NCBI GenBank assembly: GCA_963708045.1
Contig: OY970181.1
Span: forward strand, 1,061,443-1,125,442
Length of the DNA: 64,000 nt
DNA from: an uncultured bacterium
GTDB lineage: Bacteria; Patescibacteriota; Patescibacteriia; CAIQCM01
Direction: 5' to 3'
Both the position numbers and the translations under genes were made by a program. Under the pieces are notes generated by a model that did no database searches, had not been told where the DNA came from, and was given only the letters and a program-made list of their open reading frames with translations. Of this stretch, positions 58,909 to 64,000 are shown piece by piece; the stretch's first letter is position 1, and each line of letters opens with the position of its first letter.

Positions 58909-60726
58909 TTATTTTGGCTCAAGATACAAATACAAGATGCCGTTACCATCAATACCGCCCATAGACGCGGACCGAATCGGGAAGTAGCCGTCGGGCGGCA
59001 TGACGCCAACATTATGGAAACCTTTCGCAACTTCCGTGCAGATATCTCCATTATAATTAACCGTGTAGGGTATAATGCGCCCGCTGTCGAGCTCTTCAAT
59101 TGTCACGAAGACCGGTTTTTTTGTGATTTTATCCCTCACGCAAACTAGATTCATACCGCGTTCTTGAAAGGTTTTACCTGCGACCGCGGTCGATTCGTCT
59201 AGGGTGCTATAATCTATCGTTAGGCTGGCCGTATATCCGCTCGGGGCTTCGAATTGGAAAAGGTCCTGACCGAGCGAAATTCAATACGATCCATTGACCG
59301 GCAGAACGATAGTCACTTGGCCAGCGCTATCTGTCGCGGCAAATGCCGTTTCTCGGTTTGTATTTGTTACGATCGGCCCTGTGGCGTAGATCACCGTGTC
59401 GGCCTTTGGTAACCCAGACGCATCTTTATATGTAACGGCTGATTGCGTCTTGTTGGCGGAATTTTTTGCATAAGTAACTGCCGGGAAATACAATTTTTGC
59501 TCGGAGTTAACCGGCTGTGGATCTACTTGGACGATAATATTATCGCCCGGCTTAATGTTCATTACCGGATCGTAATTTAGCCAATCAATCCTTTGCGCGC
59601 TGAACGTAGCTGTTTCGCCGTCCGCGATTTCCAAAGTTATCTCACCGTTTATACTACTCTCTAGCACATCGCCGTTGGAGCAGCCACCACATCGGATATT
59701 GTGCCCGGGAATCACCAAGCCGGTCTTTTTATTTATTAATTTTACAGTTGCCGTACCGGTCTGCGGTTCGGGCAACGGATCAATCCTAATATCCCTTATC
59801 AAAAACTTCTGTTCCCCTCGGCCGCCATCACTCTTATTCCACGCGAGGGTGATGTAATTTGTTTTTGCGTCAGGCAAGCACTTGGCGTAACCATATAAGA
59901 TTATTTCTTTCTGGCTTAAGCTAGTGCCGAATCCTTCCTCGGGATTATAAGTCTTGCACTTACTATTCTCAATATTTTTGCTCGTAATACTCAATAAATT
60001 GGAGCCTTTAATGGTTATGGCGACACCTTCGGTATACACCAGATTAACCGCAAATGGAGATCCACTACCCGAAGATACATTGCCCGAAGATCCGTCATTT
60101 GAAGACGCATTCACTCTGGGTATTCTGGCTAAATCCGTGTTGGTAATACCGAGTCCCTGATAACGCATAATCGTGTAAGCCGCAGCGCCATCTTTCAGGT
60201 AATAACGACGGAGGGTAACTGGGTTCACATACCAGGCCTGGCCGCTCCTTTCCACATCCAGCAGAATCCGTCCGGAAAGGCGGCGCGTCTGGGCGCTGTC
60301 TGTCGCAATCTTGGTCTTTTTGGAAGACATCGGGTCGTAGCCGCCCCGTACCTCAACGCCGTCGGGGAATCCGTCATTGTCGCTATCAGCATTGTTCGGG
60401 TTGATTCCGATTGCGCGCTCAAACGAGTCGGACAAACCATCGCCATCGGTATCAGTGTCAACAAAACGGTCTTCAATTCCGATCGGTATTAAGGAGAGGT
60501 CGCGACCGGTTATTCCAAGACCATCCGACCTTAATAAGGAAAAAGCGGCATCGCCATTTTTAAGATATACCCGTTCCTGCGTGACCGGACTGACGTACCA
60601 AGCCTCGCCGGCAGATTGAACCTGCAGCAAAATACGGCCGATCGTATTGGTCGGCGCCGCGGCCGAGGACAGGGCGGGCGTCGCGATCATGGCACATAAC
60701 ATTATTAAAAAAATCGCTTTTCGCAT
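58909..60726 (-). pseudogene. Surface protein with GRILLQV-GEAWYV repeats and DxDxDG Ca-binding loops, interrupted by one in-frame TGA at 59281-59283
   Basis: Frame stays open after the TGA (ISLGQDLFQFEAPSG...) and joins the 58909-59154 ORF. Confidence 0.75.
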
Positions 60727-60784
60727 ATAAAACCGATACGTTAATAATATGATTATATTATTGCAAAGATGCCAGATGGTGTGT

Positions 60785-61249
60785 TTACAGCATGCACTTA
60801 GCGGACAGACCCATCACCTTTCCATCATTCAACTCCCAACCAGATTCGCAATTTGCCATTTCCATTTTTTGACATTGCCCGATCGGCTTAAGCGCGGCGC
60901 AATCAAAGCCCTTGTCCAGTTTGACGCATTGATTAAGGATCCCGTAGTTGCCAAGGATGATGTCAGGAGTATTGGGCATAGCCGGAGAAGCGACGAGACA
61001 ATGCCCGCTGCAGTCAGAAGTTCTAACGCAACTCTTTCCCCCGTCTCGATACGGCACGACGCATTTATATGAACAGCCGCCGATACCGCAGCCGGCTTCA
61101 ATCGTTGTTCCGTGGCGAGCTTTGCAGGTGGTTTCTGAAACGAAATTAAAAACAGGTTCAACTGTTGTGCGCGGCAGGCTGAACAACACCACCGCCCCCA
61201 CAACAACAACGGCGATAACGATAATTAATGGGATAATTTTAGTTTTCAT
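60785..61249 (-). CDS. Membrane-anchored Cys-rich protein
   Basis: MKTKIIPL TM; C...DGGKSC..TSDCSGHCL. Confidence 0.7.
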   Translation of the reverse strand: MKTKIIPLIIVIAVVVVGAVVLFSLPRTTVEPVFNFVSETTCKARHGTTIEAGCGIGGCSYKCVVPYRDGGKSCVRTSDCSGHCLVASPAMPNTPDIILGNYGILNQCVKLDKGFDCAALKPIGQCQKMEMANCESGWELNDGKVMGLSAKCML

Positions 61250-61803
61250 AATTGATCCATTATATAACCCTTCTATCAAAAAAGAAACGCGAATAGCAGG
61301 ACATCTCTGCCACCATTGCAACAAATTAATTCCAAAGATAAAAAAAGACCCGCGGCTCGATAGCTTTGGGTCTCGGCGGTTGGCAAAGTGACTTACCAAC
61401 GTCGTTTGTGAGTTCGGTACCTTTGTACCAAATCTCTTTGCCTGATGGCTGAGCTGGATTCAGATATCACTGTCTGATCGGCTCGTTTTGCCGCACGCTT
61501 TGGGATAGGTACCAAAGAGTCGGCTTCAATTGTGGCTTTTGCCACTGCACGATAAGCTACTGCCTATCATCTTATCGCGCAACTAACGGTTGTTCGTCCA
61601 GGATCCCCTGCGACGATCAAGACGCGATTGCATCCTGACAAAGAATCATAGCATGAATCTATGAAAATGTCAAGACTGCCAGGACACCCCCGCGTTCCAC
61701 AACCAATGCACCATAAACAAATTTAGAAATCAAAAAGCCAGCCGTGAGGCTGACTTTTTAAGCGGGGCATCTGGGAGGCGGTTAGAATTATTTGTAAAAA
61801 ACT

Positions 61804-62082
61804 CTATACAGTGGCCGATGCATTAATCGTTTGAAAAGTCGTTTTTACGCTAAGGTTATCGCCTTCGATGATCTTTATCTTTGATGCGCCAAAATCGTTT
61901 TTTAGACCGGTAACGAATTCATCGGCCCATGACGGAGTAAGGACATTAACTTTGGAAAAATCCAATTCAATCGGCTCGTCGCCGTCTTTGGGAATATTAT
62001 AAGCGCGCGCACTTAAATACGCTTCGCGTCCGGCGGGGCGGGAAATAAGAGTTGTACCAAATTTGCTAATGTCGATTCTCAT
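61804..62082 (-). CDS. STAS-like domain protein (paralog of 9807-10097)
   Basis: FGTTLISRPAGREAY, LDFSKV, TPSWADEF. Confidence 0.85.
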   Translation of the reverse strand: MRIDISKFGTTLISRPAGREAYLSARAYNIPKDGDEPIELDFSKVNVLTPSWADEFVTGLKNDFGASKIKIIEGDNLSVKTTFQTINASATV

Positions 62083-62671
62083 ATATTTTTCTTAACCGAT
62101 AATTCTATATAGGTTCCATTGACCGATGTTTCCGATTCCGCAATATACCTAAACATGTCTATATTGTCCATATATGGCCAGTCAGTTTTAGTTCTGCATT
62201 GCCTGATATAAATATGAACGATTCCATTCCACGAAGAAGATCAAGCGAGCGAACCACGAATTTTAATCCGTTACCGCGCTGTTCCGGCGCGCGGCCGGTG
62301 ATGGTTTCGGTAAAGGCGACTTTGATCGCCTCGCTGTCATCTTTAAGACCGGGTCGCACCTGCCTAAGGGTCGTTAAAACCCCGCGACCCCGATCGGCGA
62401 TCTTCATTCGAAAAACATTTCCTTTAATTTCATATTCAAACCAGCAACCAGGGACATCGGGCCAATTTCCAAAATTGTGGTCAAAACAATTTCCCGTCAA
62501 TTCGCCGGCCATCGCCGCAAGCAACCCTGACTCATCATCCGACCAATTATGAGCAATAAATTCAGGCCGCATCTTTTCAACCCGCGCCTGCGCCACATCA
62601 CGCGCCTCGCAATAAAATTCCGACGCAGGACGAACTCCCTCTTTGGATTTTGCCCAATCTAATGCTTTCAT
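62079..62671 (-). pseudogene. HATPase-like protein lacking the HTH (paralog of 9068-9805), frameshifted near the C-terminus
   Basis: ELTGNCFDHNFGNWPDVPG, ADRGRG, APEQRGNGLKFV; missing tail (VNGTYIELSV) lies in the -1 frame and ends in ATGA overlap with the STAS gene. Confidence 0.75.
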
Positions 62672-62734
62672 ACGGGTATATTGATACTACTTCAAAATAC
62701 ATAAAAACTCCAGTCTTTTTGACAGGAGTTTTTA

Positions 62735-62813
62735 TGGCGGGTGCGATGGGATTTGAACCCACGATCTTCTCCGTGACAGGGAGACGCGTTGAGCCGGGCT
62801 ACGCTACGCACCC
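62735..62813 (-). tRNA. tRNA-Asp(GTC)
   Basis: GGGTGCG acceptor stem, anticodon loop CT-GTC-AC, GGTTCAAATCC T arm, encoded CCA. Confidence 0.95.
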
Positions 62814-62893
62814 CCGCGAATTTTTTCTAACGCCTCTTTAAAATACACGAACTTACGATTTAAGTAAAGAGGGTGAGGTGAGCAGAAATCCGC

Positions 62894-63004
62894 TGGCGTC
62901 ATCCCGAAGAGCCAAAGCGATGAGGGAACTCAAAGTCTCTAAATAATCTCAGCGATTCCTCGTCCTAGACAAAACGACTAGACGGACTCGGAATGACGGC
63001 AAGG
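62894..63004. repeat. REP-like cluster (type A + type B)
   Basis: Inverted copies of the units at 11120-11278 and a direct copy of 10206-10252. Confidence 0.85.
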
Positions 63005-63053
63005 AGAAACTAAAAATCACCCCAATTGCTCGGGGCGATTTTTAAATTTTGAT

Positions 63054-63401
63054 TTACTTTTTTACTTCAGCAAAGATTTTGGCAAAAACAGCTGGATGTT
63101 CCAAAGCGATATTCGCGAGAATTTTGCGATCCAATTCAACATTCGCTTTTTTAAGAGCGTCAATAAATTTGGAATAGCTCATCCCCTGTTCGCGGGCGGC
63201 AGCATTAAGGCGGATCGTCCAAAGCGAACGGAAGTCGCGCTTCTTTTGCTTGCGACCAGAAAATGCGTTAACGCCAGCTTTAAGAACGGCGGTTCGCGCA
63301 AGTTTGATTTTTGATTTGCGTCCCCACTTGTAGCTCTTGGTTCGGGCGAGCAGGTAGCGGCGGCGTTTGGCATGCATGATGCCACGTTTGACTCTGGACA
63401 T
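63054..63401 (-). CDS. rplT: 50S ribosomal protein L20
   Basis: MSRVKRG, RKQKKRDFRSLWTIRLNAA, LDRKILA. Confidence 0.98.
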   Translation of the reverse strand: MSRVKRGIMHAKRRRYLLARTKSYKWGRKSKIKLARTAVLKAGVNAFSGRKQKKRDFRSLWTIRLNAAAREQGMSYSKFIDALKKANVELDRKILANIALEHPAVFAKIFAEVKK

Positions 63402-63402
63402 A

Positions 63403-63597
63403 TTAGTTTGGCATTAAATCAATAAGCGACCGGCGCACCGTGCTGGTCATTTGTCTTTGTAAGCGTTTAGCGCGAGTCACCTTTCCGGTTTCGCGAGAAT
63501 TAAAGTGATCCTGTCCGGCAACCTTTTTCATAAACTTGCCGGTCTTGGTCTTATTAAACCGTTTCGCGGTTGCTTTGTGGGTTTTTAGTTTGGCCAT
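63403..63597 (-). CDS. rpmI: 50S ribosomal protein L35
   Basis: KLKTHKATAKRF..TKTGK; between infC and rplT. Confidence 0.95.
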   Translation of the reverse strand: MAKLKTHKATAKRFNKTKTGKFMKKVAGQDHFNSRETGKVTRAKRLQRQMTSTVRRSLIDLMPN

Positions 63598-63720
63598 ATT
63601 TAAACTTTTAGCTTTTAACTTTTAACTGTTAGATACAACAATTGCTGATTAAAAAATAGGCTTTCGCCTCATTTCTTAAAAGTTAACAGTTAATAGTTAA
63701 CAGTTAAAGCTTTGATTATA

Positions 63721-64000
63721 TTACTTCTTTGCGACCACTACTGTCAAGCGTCCGCCTTGGCGCGAGAACGGCTGGTCAATTTTAACGCCAACGGCTTCAT
63801 CTAGCCCTTTTATAAAGCCATCCATCACTTGGCGAGCCAAATCCATAAATTGCCGCTCCCGACCGCGCAAAATAACCTCAACCTGAACGCGATCGCCGCC
63901 ATCCAAAAACTCTTTGGCTTTGTCTAAACGTACATCGCGATCGTGGGCGCCAATTCTAAGAGAAAGACGAATTCCCTTAACTTCCACCTTATGGGCGTGG
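63721..64000 (-). CDS. infC: Translation initiation factor IF-3 (C-terminal part; 5' end outside the window)
   Basis: EVKGIRLS..IG.HD, FL..GDRV, RGRE; infC-rpmI-rplT synteny. Confidence 0.95.
   Translation of the reverse strand, partial: HAHKVEVKGIRLSLRIGAHDRDVRLDKAKEFLDGGDRVQVEVILRGRERQFMDLARQVMDGFIKGLDEAVGVKIDQPFSRQGGRLTVVVAKK

Noticed and set aside
59281-59283. Genome-wide TGA recoding (genetic code 25 or 4)
   Set aside because: TGA ends conserved genes at the expected place (gpmI, GT4) and other long ORFs have no internal TGA.

Overview
This 64 kb window looks like chromosome from a Patescibacteria (CPR, Parcubacteria-like) bacterium. The assignment is inferred from type IV pilin-like genes, 'GRILLQV..GEAWYV' repeat proteins, SD-less core genes and the DGR layout. 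Core genes include mltG, znuC, mutM, gpmI, eno, pgk, rdgB, infC-rpmI-rplT and tRNA-Asp. The clearest system is a complete diversity-generating retroelement (DGR) at 6323-8823: RT, avd, a 138-bp template repeat and a 138-bp variable repeat with 11 mismatches, all at TR adenines. avd is inverted between TR and RT, and its only nearby ATG is out of frame across a C9 tract, a candidate on/off switch. A second, less familiar signal is a dispersed class of stand-alone genes with TTGACA promoters, strong Shine-Dalgarno sites and often structured leaders. They encode myxobacteria-like Cys/Gly/Thr-rich lipoproteins, a putative outer-membrane beta-barrel and a GltG/AgmX-like domain, possibly a host-directed or host-derived gene set. 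Three other genes are interrupted: an HrpA-like helicase, a second HATPase copy and a surface protein with an in-frame TGA. All family calls come from motif recognition by eye; no searches were run.
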